This document shows, one piece after another, positions 8,147-17,558 of a DNA stretch of 64,000 bases. Source of the stretch: Gemmatimonadales bacterium (GTDB lineage Bacteria > Gemmatimonadota > Gemmatimonadetes > Gemmatimonadales > GWC2-71-9). Made by a program: the position numbers and the translations under genes. The first letter of the stretch is position 1. Each line of letters starts with the position of its first letter. The stretch spans positions 1 to 64,000 of the forward strand of contig JBDIWC010000007.1 in the NCBI GenBank assembly GCA_039794085.1, read 5' to 3'. The notes under the pieces were generated by a model. The model was not told where the DNA came from. It made no database searches and worked only from the letters and a program-made list of their open reading frames with translations.

Positions 8147-10558
8147 ATGACGACCAGCATCATCCCGAACGACCCCGAATTTTCCCGGACACCAGCCGGG
8201 CTGGATGCAACCACGCCCGCGCTCCCGGCCAATTTCGCGGACCCGCCGCCCACGGAGCAGGGGAATGTCCTGGTCACCCGAATCCTCTCAACCATCCGCC
8301 GGTTCAAGTGGATGCTCCTGGGAGTCACAGTCCTGGGCACCGTTGGCAGTGTCGTCGCCACGCGCTTCATCCCCGCGGAGTACGAGGCGCGTGCCACGAT
8401 CTGGGTGGGAACCGATGCGGGGCGAGGCGGACCAATCCAGGCCCCCGGACTCCTCCAGGGCCTGGCCTGGCTCGAGTTGATCAACACCTACCAGGTGCGG
8501 GATCCGGTGGTCCGGCAGCTCAAGCTCTACCTGACCCCGCGGGTACCGGCGGACTCCGTTTTCTTCCGGACGTTTGATCTGGCGAACCAGTTTGCGCCGG
8601 GGGACTACGAGCTGAAGATCAATGAGAGTGGACGAGAGTGGGCCCTCGCTGGGTCCTCCGGAACGGTCATAGCGAACGGGGCCGTGGGGGACTCGATCGG
8701 CCGGGAACTCGGTTTCCGCTGGGTTCTCCAACCCGGAGAGGTCAAGCCGGGTCAGTCCGTCCGATTCTCCCTGGTGACCCCGCGTGACGCCTCCAACGCC
8801 ATTGGGGACAAGTTCCGGGCTCGCATGAACGGCGAGGACGGGAACTTCATGAACCTGAGCATGGTGGGAACGAATCCGGTCCGGACTGCCGAGACCCTGA
8901 ACGCCATTGCAGACCGCTTCGTGGCCCTGTCCGCCGAGTTGAAGAAGGAGAAGCTGACGGAGCTCTCCCGCCTGTTGTACGAGCAGGTGGAGTTGCAGGA
9001 CTCGGCCGTGAAGGCGACGGAAAGTGCCCTGGAGAGTTTCCGGATCAACACCATCACCCTTCCGAACGAGACGGCACCGATCGCCTCAGGTCTGGTCATG
9101 ACGCAGCCGACCGTGATCGGGAACTTTTTCAACGACAAGATGGCCCTCGACGCCCTCCGTCAGGATCGAATGGCCCTGCAGGCCGTGCTGGAACGGGCGG
9201 AGAGCGGGACCTTCGTGGTGGATGCGTTCCTGACGGTCGGGGCGGTGCGGAATGCTCCGGACCTCAACAACGTGCTGAAGGAGGTCTCGACTCTGGAGAC
9301 CGATCTTCGGACGCTTCGCCAGAAGTACACGGACGATTACCGTCCCGTCAAGGAGATGAAGGATCGGCTCGACACGCTCCGACTCGTCACGGTTCCCCGA
9401 TATACCCGGGCAGTCCTGGAACAGGTCCGGATTCAAGAGGAGACGCTCGACCGACGCATCAGGGATGCCTCGCGTGAACTGAGCCAGATTCCGGTGCGGA
9501 CAGCCACGGAGGCCCGGCTCCGCCGGGATGCCACGGCCGCCGCCGCTCTCTTCCAGAACCTCCAGCAGCGCTACGAGGAAGCCCGGCTCTCGGAGATGTC
9601 GGCCATTCCGGACGTCCGGACCCTGGATCCCGCCGTCGCTCCCACGCGACCGACTCGGAACACCGCTCCCCGGCTCATCTTCATGGGCTTCGGCGGAAGC
9701 CTCGCCGCGGCCCTGATGCTGGCGCTGCTCCTCGATCGCCTCGATCGGCGATTCCGCTATCCCGACCAGGTGACCCGCGAGCTTCGGCTTGGGATCCTCG
9801 GGGCGGTGCCGGCCATCCGGCGTTCCGGAGGGAACGGGCTCCTCGCCCCGGATGAGACCGCGCAGATCATCGAGGCCTTCCGTTCGATCCGACTCAACCT
9901 GGCACATTCGTTCGCCGATGGTCCGATCGTGCTCACGATTTCGAGTCCCGGACCGGGCGACGGCAAATCGCTCATCAGCTCCAACCTTGCCCTGGCGTTC
10001 GCCGAGGCGGGGTACCGTACTGTGCTGGTGGACGGGGACACTCGGCGGGGCGAAATGCACCGGACGTTCCAGACCGATCGTCGGCCTGGACTTCTGGACT
10101 ACCTCGCGGGACACGTGGAGTTTGATTCCCTCCCCCGTCCCACCTCGCACAATGGGCTCTCGTTGATCCCCGGCGGTACCCGGCGTCAGAACAGCCCCGA
10201 GTTGCTGGGATCGTCTCGCATGGGCCGGTTGATGGCCCACCTGCGGCAGACCTACGAGGTCATTCTCGTCGACTCCCCCCCCCTCGGCGTCGGCATCGAT
10301 CCCTTCGTGCTGGGAACCGTCACGGGCAACATGCTCGTGGTTCTCCGGAGCGGTGAAACCGACCGGGAAATGGCCGAGGCCAAGCTGCAGACCCTGGATC
10401 GCCTCCCGATCCGGGTTCTCGGTGCGGTGCTCAATGACATCCGTGCCGGAACCGGAGCCTACCGGTACTACTCCTACCTCTATGGCTATTCCGCAGAAAA
10501 CGAAGGCGGGGAATCCGAGTCGAAGGAGCGCGCCGGAATCCTCACGGGATCGATTTGA
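8147..10558 (+). CDS. wzc: Polysaccharide co-polymerase/BY-kinase (Wzc-like)
   Basis: Two TM helices around a coiled-coil periplasmic region; EAFRSIRLNL, Walker A PGPGDGKS, VLVDGDTRR, ILVDSPP; Tyr cluster YRYYSYLYGY. Confidence 0.93.
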   Translation: MTTSIIPNDPEFSRTPAGLDATTPALPANFADPPPTEQGNVLVTRILSTIRRFKWMLLGVTVLGTVGSVVATRFIPAEYEARATIWVGTDAGRGGPIQAPGLLQGLAWLELINTYQVRDPVVRQLKLYLTPRVPADSVFFRTFDLANQFAPGDYELKINESGREWALAGSSGTVIANGAVGDSIGRELGFRWVLQPGEVKPGQSVRFSLVTPRDASNAIGDKFRARMNGEDGNFMNLSMVGTNPVRTAETLNAIADRFVALSAELKKEKLTELSRLLYEQVELQDSAVKATESALESFRINTITLPNETAPIASGLVMTQPTVIGNFFNDKMALDALRQDRMALQAVLERAESGTFVVDAFLTVGAVRNAPDLNNVLKEVSTLETDLRTLRQKYTDDYRPVKEMKDRLDTLRLVTVPRYTRAVLEQVRIQEETLDRRIRDASRELSQIPVRTATEARLRRDATAAAALFQNLQQRYEEARLSEMSAIPDVRTLDPAVAPTRPTRNTAPRLIFMGFGGSLAAALMLALLLDRLDRRFRYPDQVTRELRLGILGAVPAIRRSGGNGLLAPDETAQIIEAFRSIRLNLAHSFADGPIVLTISSPGPGDGKSLISSNLALAFAEAGYRTVLVDGDTRRGEMHRTFQTDRRPGLLDYLAGHVEFDSLPRPTSHNGLSLIPGGTRRQNSPELLGSSRMGRLMAHLRQTYEVILVDSPPLGVGIDPFVLGTVTGNMLVVLRSGETDREMAEAKLQTLDRLPIRVLGAVLNDIRAGTGAYRYYSYLYGYSAENEGGESESKERAGILTGSI

Positions 10559-10586
10559 GGCCACCCTTCGTGGGAAATGTGACAGA

Positions 10587-10607
10587 GGGAGTAGGGAGTA
10601 GGGAGTA
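10587..10607 (+). repeat. GGGAGTA x3 heptamer tandem repeat
   Basis: Exact copies in the convergent wzc / response-regulator gap. Confidence 0.85.
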
Positions 10608-10685
10608 GGGGGAATGGAGAGTAGAGGCGAACGGCGTTCGCCCGGGGGAATGACGGGCCATGGTGGGCCCGTCAATTGGGGCTCG

Positions 10686-11609
10686 TCAGGCAGCCCGAAC
10701 CGGGGTGGCCGCGTCCGTCTCTCGCGCGGCGGCGCCGGCCCGGGCAAGAAACTGAAGGCAGTCAATCTGGTCTCCCTTGGGAGGTTCCGCCACGCAATAC
10801 CCCGCGCCAATCCTGACCTCCCCTCGTTGCGCCCCGTCCTCTCCCCGGCACGTCGCCGCCTGGAGCTGCAACTCCTGAAACGCCGTGTCCAATCGGGTCA
10901 CAAGGCGATGGACCCCCTCACTCTCCGTGCGCGGAGCCACCAAGGCGAACTCGAGGTCACCCAGGTGGCCCGCCGCATCGGCCCGTCGAGCACTGGTCTG
11001 AAGCAGCCGGGCCATGGACCCTTCCAGCGGGGCGGGATCGGGATTCCTGGTCGCCTTGCCCCCCTCCGTCACAAAGGGCCGGAGAACCACCCACGCAACG
11101 GCGTGGCCATGCCTCTTGGCGTCCGCAATCATTTCCTCCCCGCGTCGGACCAATCCGTCCACGGTATAGAGGCCTGATGACGCATCCACCATCTGGGCCC
11201 GGCGAAGTTCCCGTGCGGCCAACCGTGCACTCATGTACACCCGAAGCTTCGCCAGCAGGATGTCCCGGTCAATCGGCTGATACAGGAAGTCCCAGGCACC
11301 CGCCTCCAGCGCCTCGAGTCGGGCCTCCCGGCCCCCGGTCCCCGCGGTCGTAATGAGTACGGGAACTGTTGGGTCGAACCGGCCTCCTTCCCGTACCAGC
11401 CGGCAGACGTCAATCCCGGAAATATCGGGCATTTGGAGGTCCAGCAGTACGAGGTCCGGCGCGGTCCGGGATATGGCCTCCACGGCCTCGCTTCCGCTCT
11501 TGGCCCGGACCACCGCGTAGCCCTCGGGGAGGAGAATGCTCTCGAGGGACCGCGCGCTCCATTCATGGTCATTGGCGACCAGAATGAGTGGTGAGTGATC
11601 CTCCGGCAT
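10686..11609 (-). CDS. Response regulator with degenerate GGDEF domain
   Basis: REC (LLDLQMPDISG); DASSGLYT; RRAD-x5-GDLEF in place of RxxD-x5-GGDEF; start uncertain within 11609-11630. Confidence 0.85.
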   Translation of the reverse strand: MPEDHSPLILVANDHEWSARSLESILLPEGYAVVRAKSGSEAVEAISRTAPDLVLLDLQMPDISGIDVCRLVREGGRFDPTVPVLITTAGTGGREARLEALEAGAWDFLYQPIDRDILLAKLRVYMSARLAARELRRAQMVDASSGLYTVDGLVRRGEEMIADAKRHGHAVAWVVLRPFVTEGGKATRNPDPAPLEGSMARLLQTSARRADAAGHLGDLEFALVAPRTESEGVHRLVTRLDTAFQELQLQAATCRGEDGAQRGEVRIGAGYCVAEPPKGDQIDCLQFLARAGAAARETDAATPVRAA

Positions 11610-11906
11610 GTTGTTGAGCACGCTCAACACCTCGAATCAGTAAGGTGGGATGCTGGCGGAGATGGCATCAGACATTGCATCCGATAATATGTTGTCTCAT
11701 AAACGGTTAGATCACTCGCCACCGCCCGGAGGCCGGTCCTGTTCTCCGTCGGTCCGAGGCCATGGCACCACTCACGGCTGCCCCATCATGCAATTGTCTC
11801 GCCGAAACGGTGATCCTTTAGCACCTCCTTTCCTGAGGCTGGCATGCTTTCCCTGGGAACCCGCTCAGTCTCGACTTCCGCAGTGGACCGAGAGCCTAGG
11901 TCATCC

Positions 11907-11922
11907 GCTGCACACACGCAAC
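11907..11922. promoter_or_regulatory. Putative enhancer palindrome
   Basis: GCTGCACACACGCAAC about 100 bp upstream of the sigma54 site at 12009. Confidence 0.55.
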
Positions 11923-12008
11923 ACACGACGTTTGTCAACATGCGCTCAATTGATGGCGCAGGTCCAAGCCGGGCGTGTATTTGCGCGACAAGCGGGGTCA
12001 GGTGACTC

Positions 12009-12024
12009 TGGAACGGTTTTCGCT
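12009..12024 (+). promoter_or_regulatory. Sigma54 -24/-12 promoter of the wza-transferase-exosortase-epsI operon
   Basis: TGGAACGGTTTTCGCT; alternative CGGGCGTGTATTTGCG at 11970-11985. Confidence 0.55.
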
Positions 12025-12084
12025 GGGGGGGAGGGCATGACTTGGTCTACAGTTTCTGATTTCCCACGGTTCGGGCGGTACTCG

Positions 12085-12876
12085 ATGACAGGCGCTCCCT
12101 CCCTTTGGCTCTCCACCCTGGTGCTGTGTGGCGCACTGGCTTGGTTCCCCACCTCCGAGATCCTGGCTCAGGGGAGTGACGCCCGGCGCGCCCAGGCCAC
12201 CCGGGCGGAGCTCGAGGCATCACTGGTTGAGATTGACCAGATCCTCGCCTCCCCCGGCTACAGCGGCCGGGTCAAGAGCACTCGGCGACGGGAGGCCGAG
12301 CTGGTGCGGGAGCGGCTGGTCAAGGGCGACTTCCAGGCCGGCGACCAGGTCGGGCTCTTCGTCCAAGGTGAAACCGCCTTGACCGCCGTCTTCACCGTGC
12401 GGGCGGGGCAGATGCTGGTCCTGCCCCAGATCCCCGAGATCTCCCTGCGCGGAGTGCTGCGCTCGGAATTGAAGGATCATCTGACTCGGGAGCTCTCCCG
12501 TTTCATCCGCGATCCCCAGATCGACGTGACCGACGCGGGAGTCCGGATCGCCATTCTCGGCCAGGTGGGATCGCCGGGGTTCTACACGGTTCCCTCTGAC
12601 AAGCTCGCCAGCGAGGCGATCATGCAGGCCGGCGGACCACTCCCGACAGCCAACCTCGATGGAGTGGTGATCCGCCGAGGGGGGAAGACCATCATCGGCG
12701 AGGCGGAGCTCGGACAGGCGATCGTGTCGGGACTGACACTCGATCAACTCAATATCCATGGAGGCGACGAGCTCTACGTCCCGGGAACCAGATCAACGGG
12801 AACGAGTTTTCTGACCGGACTCCAGATTTTCAGCGGCGTCGCCCTGGCCGCCTTCTCGCTTTCCCGGATCTTCTGA
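12085..12876 (+). CDS. Polysaccharide export protein (Wza-like, Poly_export + SLBB domains)
   Basis: Signal peptide; FQAGDQV, LVLPQIPEISLRG, ILGQVGSPGFY, AGGPL, GDELYVP; C-terminal hydrophobic helix; alternative start ATG 12037. Confidence 0.85.
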   Translation: MTGAPSLWLSTLVLCGALAWFPTSEILAQGSDARRAQATRAELEASLVEIDQILASPGYSGRVKSTRRREAELVRERLVKGDFQAGDQVGLFVQGETALTAVFTVRAGQMLVLPQIPEISLRGVLRSELKDHLTRELSRFIRDPQIDVTDAGVRIAILGQVGSPGFYTVPSDKLASEAIMQAGGPLPTANLDGVVIRRGGKTIIGEAELGQAIVSGLTLDQLNIHGGDELYVPGTRSTGTSFLTGLQIFSGVALAAFSLSRIF

Positions 12877-12881
12877 TTCCC

Positions 12882-13631
12882 ATGACCCTCCCCTCCTCCA
12901 TGGAGCACGCCACTCCCACCAGGCCCGGGATCACCCGCGTCGCGGTGCGTCCCCCCGTGGGAGCGACGCGGGTGGTGGTGGCATCTGACCTCCCTCCCGA
13001 GGGACCACGACGGGTTCTGAACGTGGTCGTGGCGTTGGTGTTGCTGGTTCTGGCCGCTCCCATCATGCTCCTTCTCGCCATCGCCGTGAAGGTCACGTCG
13101 CCGGGGCCCGTTTTCTACACCCAGACCCGGATTGGCCTTGACCGACGGCGGGACCGGTCGAGCCATCACCGCCGGGTGGACGACCTGGGCGGGAAACCCT
13201 TCCTGATCTACAAGTTCCGGACGATGCGAGTGGATGCGGAGCGGTCCACCGGAGCGGTCTGGGCCACCCGGAATGATCCCCGGGTGACCTGGATCGGGCG
13301 ATTCATGCGCCTCTTCCGGCTGGATGAGTTGCCGCAACTTCTCAACGTGCTGCAGGGCGAGATGAACCTCGTGGGGCCTCGGCCGGAGCGGCCGGGAATC
13401 TTCCGGGACCTGAAGCAGCAGATCGAGGACTACCCGGCCCGGCAGCGAGTCCGACCGGGCATCACGGGCCTGGCGCAGATCAACCAGCAATACGATTCGT
13501 GCCTCGAGGATGTGAGGCGGAAGGTGGAGTACGACATCGCCTACATCGCCCATCGCCAGAGCGTCTGGGAAGACATCAAGATCATGCTGAAGACATTCCC
13601 CGTGGTGCTCTTCCGCCGCGGATCCCGGTGA
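12882..13631 (+). CDS. Priming polyprenyl-phosphate sugar-1-phosphate transferase (Bac_transf)
   Basis: SPGPVFYTQ, YKFRTM, DPRVT, RLDELPQLLNV, MNLVGPRPE, PGITGLAQI. Confidence 0.95.
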   Translation: MTLPSSMEHATPTRPGITRVAVRPPVGATRVVVASDLPPEGPRRVLNVVVALVLLVLAAPIMLLLAIAVKVTSPGPVFYTQTRIGLDRRRDRSSHHRRVDDLGGKPFLIYKFRTMRVDAERSTGAVWATRNDPRVTWIGRFMRLFRLDELPQLLNVLQGEMNLVGPRPERPGIFRDLKQQIEDYPARQRVRPGITGLAQINQQYDSCLEDVRRKVEYDIAYIAHRQSVWEDIKIMLKTFPVVLFRRGSR

Positions 13632-14515
13632 CCGTTCCGAACGCGTTGCCGCGCGTGAAGGGTATCGCCATTCCCGGACTGCCCACACTCCTCCTCACCG
13701 CGGTCGCGTTCCTCATCCTGTTTCAGCGTCCCCTGCGGCTCCTCCTTGTGGATTGGTGGACCGATCCCGACGCGGGGCACGGATTGCTCCTCGCCCCGGT
13801 GTCGATCTGGCTCGCCTGGAAATCGGGATGGCTGCCCACACGCCGTCCGGCCCCCGTCCTCGGGGGAGCCGTGCTCGTCGCCGCCGTGCTCCTGCGCTTC
13901 GCTTCCGAACTGGCGGCGGAACTGTTCACGATGCGGTTCAGCATGATGCTCGCCGGGATGGGGCTGGTAATCTTCTTTGCCGGCCTGCGCCAGCTCCGGC
14001 ACTGGTGGCTGCCCACCGCCCTGCTGGTGCTGTCGATTCCCCTCCCCGACCTGATCACCAGCACGATCGCGCTTCCTCTCCAGTTCCTGGCCTCGAAGTT
14101 CGGCGCCGCCCTCCTGACCTGGCGTGACGTCCCCGTGGCGCTCACCGGAAACATCATCATGCTCCCCGGGCACAAGCTGTTCGTATCCGAGGCCTGCAGC
14201 GGCCTTCGATCCCTGACCGCGCTGCTCAGCCTCGGTTTGATGATCGGCTGGCTCACGCTTCGGACGATGCCCACCCGGCTCACGCTGCTGCTCGTGACCG
14301 TGGGCATCGCGATCGCGATGAACGGATTCCGGGTCTTCCTGACCGGGTTCCTCGTCTACTTCGTGAATCCGGGTCTTGGGGAAGGGTTCATGCATGTCAC
14401 GGAAGGCTGGCTCCTCTTCGTGGTCTCGCTCGGGCTGGTCTGGCTCGCGGCGATGGTGATGGGCCTGGCGGAAAAGAGATTCCTGACCCCTTCGACCTCA
14501 CGGGAGGCGTCGTGA
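13628..14515 (+). CDS. xrt: Exosortase (EpsH family)
   Basis: Multi-TM protein; catalytic Cys (EACSGLRSL), Arg (NGFRV) and His (FMHVTEG); GTGA overlap with the upstream gene. Confidence 0.95.
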   Translation: MTVPNALPRVKGIAIPGLPTLLLTAVAFLILFQRPLRLLLVDWWTDPDAGHGLLLAPVSIWLAWKSGWLPTRRPAPVLGGAVLVAAVLLRFASELAAELFTMRFSMMLAGMGLVIFFAGLRQLRHWWLPTALLVLSIPLPDLITSTIALPLQFLASKFGAALLTWRDVPVALTGNIIMLPGHKLFVSEACSGLRSLTALLSLGLMIGWLTLRTMPTRLTLLLVTVGIAIAMNGFRVFLTGFLVYFVNPGLGEGFMHVTEGWLLFVVSLGLVWLAAMVMGLAEKRFLTPSTSREAS

Positions 14516-15159
14516 GAGTCACCCCCGTTGTGCCGGCGATCATCCTGGCGGCGGGGAGCCTGCTCCTGGTGGCGGCCCGTCGCCAGGAGGTGGCGGAATT
14601 GCGGGCTCCGCTTTCCACGATCCCCGCAGTTCTGGAGGGCCTGTCAGGCCGGGACCTGACCGTCTCCCCCGAGGAACAGCGGATCGCGGGGATGACGAGT
14701 TATCTGATGCGGGTCTATGAGCGCGACAGTGTGCCGCAGTTCTCTGTCTATGTGGGCTACTACGAGGCGCAACTGCAGGGCCAGAGCATCCATTCACCCA
14801 AGAACTGCCTTCCGGGGGCGGGGTGGGAGCCGGTCGCCGTGTCGAGTGTGACGATTCCGGTTCCGGGCGGAGCCCCTGCTCCCATGGTCAACCGGTACGT
14901 TCTCGAGCGCGGGGCCGACAACAGTCGTGCCCTGGTCTATTACTGGTATCAGGGCCGGGGGCGGGTGGCGTGGAACGAGTACCGCGTGAAGTGGGATCTG
15001 CTCCGGGACAAGGCGCTGGAGGGACGGAGCGAGGAGGCGCTGGTCCGGATTGTGGTTCCGGTCATTCCGGGGGGGGAAGCGACAGCGGACTCGACCGCGT
15101 CGCGGATCGCCGCAAAGTTGATTCCCGCGATCTCCACGATTCTGCCGACCCGGAGTTGA
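14512..15159 (+). CDS. epsI: EpsI family exosortase-associated protein
   Basis: YVGYY, IHSPKNCLPGAGW, LVYYWYQ, ALVRI motifs; adjacent to exosortase. Confidence 0.92.
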   Translation: MRVTPVVPAIILAAGSLLLVAARRQEVAELRAPLSTIPAVLEGLSGRDLTVSPEEQRIAGMTSYLMRVYERDSVPQFSVYVGYYEAQLQGQSIHSPKNCLPGAGWEPVAVSSVTIPVPGGAPAPMVNRYVLERGADNSRALVYYWYQGRGRVAWNEYRVKWDLLRDKALEGRSEEALVRIVVPVIPGGEATADSTASRIAAKLIPAISTILPTRS

Positions 15160-15177
15160 GCCACCACCCTTTTAGCC

Positions 15178-16320
15178 ACCTCCGCCACCTCTGTGGTGCC
15201 CCGCCCGCCACCCCGAGTGAACCACAGAGAGCACGGAGGACACAGAGGGTTGACGGTACCCGCGACACGTTCCTCGTCTCGGTTGGCAGGCATCGGCAGG
15301 ATGGGGGGCCCTTCCACCCCCCAACAACAAGACCGGATCTCAGCGCGCAAGACGTGGAGCGACGGGAATCATTCGGAGACCCTCCGCGACCTCCGTGTTC
15401 TCTGTGGTGAACCCTTCCCACCTTCCCGATCCCGGACCCCGGGCATCGGCAGGAATGGGGGCCCTTCCACCCCCAACAACAGGTCCTGATCATGGCGCAA
15501 CCTCCGTGGCCCCTGTGGTGATCCCCACCTCACCCCGAGTGAACCACAGAGAGCACGGAGGACACAGAGGGTTGACGGTACCCGCGACACGTTCCTCGTC
15601 TCGGTTGGCAGGCATCGGCAGGATGGGGGGCCCTTCCACCCCCCAACAACAAGACCGGATCTCAGCGCGCAAGACGTGGAGCGACGGGAATCATTCGGAG
15701 ACCCTCCGCGACCTCCGTGTTCTCTGTGGTGAACCCTTCCCACCTTCCCGATCCCGGACCCCGGGCATCGGCAGGAATGGGGGCCCTTCCACCCCCAACA
15801 ACAGGTCCGGATCATGGCGCAACCTCCGTGGCCCCTGTGGTGATCCCCACCTCACCCCGAGTGAACCACAGAGAACACGGAGGACGCAGAGGGTTGACGG
15901 TTCCCATGACACGCTCCTCGTCTCGCGCGGCAGGCATCGGCAGGATGGGGGGGCCCTTCCACCCCCCAACAACAAGACCGGATCTCAGCGCGCAAGACGT
16001 GGAGCGACGGGAATCATTCGGAGACCCTCTGCGACCTCCGTGTTCTCTGTGGTGAACCCTTCCCACCTTCCCGATCCCGGACCCCGGGCATCGGCAGGAT
16101 GGGGGCCCCGCCACCCCCCACAAAAAACAAGCTCCTGATCTCGGCGCGCGAGGCGTGGAGCCACGGACATCACACGGAGGACACAGAGGGTTGACGGTTC
16201 CCATGACACGCTCCTCGTCTCGCGCGGCAGGCATTGGCCGGATGGGGGGCCCTTCCACCCCCCAACAACAAGACCGGATCTCAGCGCGCAAGACGTGGAG
16301 CGACGGGAGTCGTTCGGAGA
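15178..16320. repeat. Tandem array of a 322-bp modular palindromic unit (about 3.5 copies)
   Basis: CACCCCGAGTGAACCACAGAG recurs at 15209, 15531 and 15853; each unit holds an ~31-bp inverted repeat and two GGCATCGGCAGGA...GGGGGCCCTTCCACCCCC modules. Confidence 0.95.
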
Positions 16321-16386
16321 CTCCGCCACGGGCCACGCGGGCCCTCGCGATGACGGAGGCGCCGCGATTCTTCAGGGGGGGGTGTC

Positions 16387-16872
16387 CTACGAATCGCGTT
16401 GCCGCAGCAGGACCAACCCCGCCCACAGCATCGCGACGGCGCCGATCGTGCCCGAGCCGAGGGCCCGCATCGACGCGCGCCGGAAGGCCTCCGGAGCACG
16501 CAGGTCGATGTGCTCGAGGGCCGCTGGTGCATCGAGGAGGACCACAATCGTGGCCACGCCAAGGAGCAGGCCCACCGCCATCAGCACCCCACCCCAGGAT
16601 CGCGTGCGGAGAGCTCCCACGCGAGCCCCCGCAATGGCCAGCAGGGCCACCAGCACGAGCGGGGAGACCTGGGTCGTCAGGATTTGTGCGGCAGTGGCCC
16701 GCCAAGCCACCTCCGCGGGTTGGACCGGGAGCACGGCGAGGAGATACTGGCTCACCAGGTCAAAGAGCACGATCGCCGCGACGGACAGGCACAGCAGAGC
16801 GGTCATCCGTTCGGGTGTCAGGGTCCGGCCCGACACGGGACCAGGGGAACGCCCGGGGAAAGTGTCCGTCAT
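16387..16872 (-). CDS. 4-TM membrane protein, paralog of the upstream gene (possibly HpsJ-like)
   Basis: ATGA overlap; hydrophobic helices; PVQPAEVAWR...QVSPL aligns with PFSPGAAQWR...RITPL. Confidence 0.7.
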   Translation of the reverse strand: MTDTFPGRSPGPVSGRTLTPERMTALLCLSVAAIVLFDLVSQYLLAVLPVQPAEVAWRATAAQILTTQVSPLVLVALLAIAGARVGALRTRSWGGVLMAVGLLLGVATIVVLLDAPAALEHIDLRAPEAFRRASMRALGSGTIGAVAMLWAGLVLLRQRDS

Positions 16873-17399
16873 GTGCCGTGTCCGGTCGCGGTCAGCACGG
16901 AATCCCGTTGTCCCACGATCAGCGGCCGTTTCCCTTGCGCGGGTGGCCTGGTTGACCTCAGCAATGACAGCATCCGCCATCCGGCCCACACGCTCCAGAT
17001 GACCATCGCGAGCAGCATGATCCCCACCCGGGACGCGCCCAGCAGCATCCCCAATTGCGCCTCCGGGATCAGTTGCTGACGCACCTGGATGGCGTCCAGA
17101 GCGAATCCTCCAAGAACGAGAAGGAGAACGGCGACCAGAACCAGATGCAGAAGGGCCCAGGTCCGGAGCACGGCCCTGTGTCCGAGCCACATGGCCGCGA
17201 GGATGACGGCCGTGTCGGCCAGGAGGAGCGGGGTGATCCGACCGGCGGCGAGGCCCACGGCTCCGAATCGCCATTGCGCCGCGCCGGGACTGAACGGCAT
17301 GATGCTGGAGGCCAGAATCAGGCCCTGGTCGAGGATCAATGCCACGCCGGCGAGGTAGAGCAGCCCGAAAAACGGGCGGGTTGTGGTCGAACTGGACAT
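16869..17399 (-). CDS. 4-TM membrane protein (possibly HpsJ-like, exosortase-associated)
   Basis: GGAG RBS before ATG 17399; four hydrophobic segments; own sigma54 promoter candidate. Confidence 0.75.
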   Translation of the reverse strand: MSSSTTTRPFFGLLYLAGVALILDQGLILASSIMPFSPGAAQWRFGAVGLAAGRITPLLLADTAVILAAMWLGHRAVLRTWALLHLVLVAVLLLVLGGFALDAIQVRQQLIPEAQLGMLLGASRVGIMLLAMVIWSVWAGWRMLSLLRSTRPPAQGKRPLIVGQRDSVLTATGHGT

Positions 17400-17461
17400 G
17401 GCGGTACTCCGACGGGAATGAGCCGGTTCGTCTGGTGGATCAACGGGATGTTTCAGAACCT

Positions 17462-17477
17462 TGCAGAGACCGTGCCC
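17462..17477 (-). promoter_or_regulatory. Sigma54 -24/-12 promoter
   Basis: GGGCACGGTCTCTGCA, GG-N10-GC. Confidence 0.65.
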
Positions 17478-17488
17478 GAAAGGCAAGC

Positions 17489-17516
17489 CGCCCCGGAAGA
17501 ACGATCCTCCGGGGCG
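17489..17516 (-). terminator. Hairpin after the PEP-CTERM gene (probable intrinsic terminator)
   Basis: CGCCCCGGA...TCCGGGGCG stem about 45 bp past the stop; weak U-tract. Confidence 0.6.
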
Positions 17517-17558
17517 ACGAAAGGTCCAAGGCGGCTCGGATGAGCCGTGGTCCGGGTG

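Noticed and set aside
15178..16320. CRISPR array
   Set aside because: Period is 322 bp, the intervening sequences are repeated rather than unique spacers, and no cas genes are present
14823..16329. Many ORFs in the repeat array (also 44417-45494)
   Set aside because: They are translations of the repeat (NHREHGG, TTENTE, PQRTRR) in all frames with no protein-family signal
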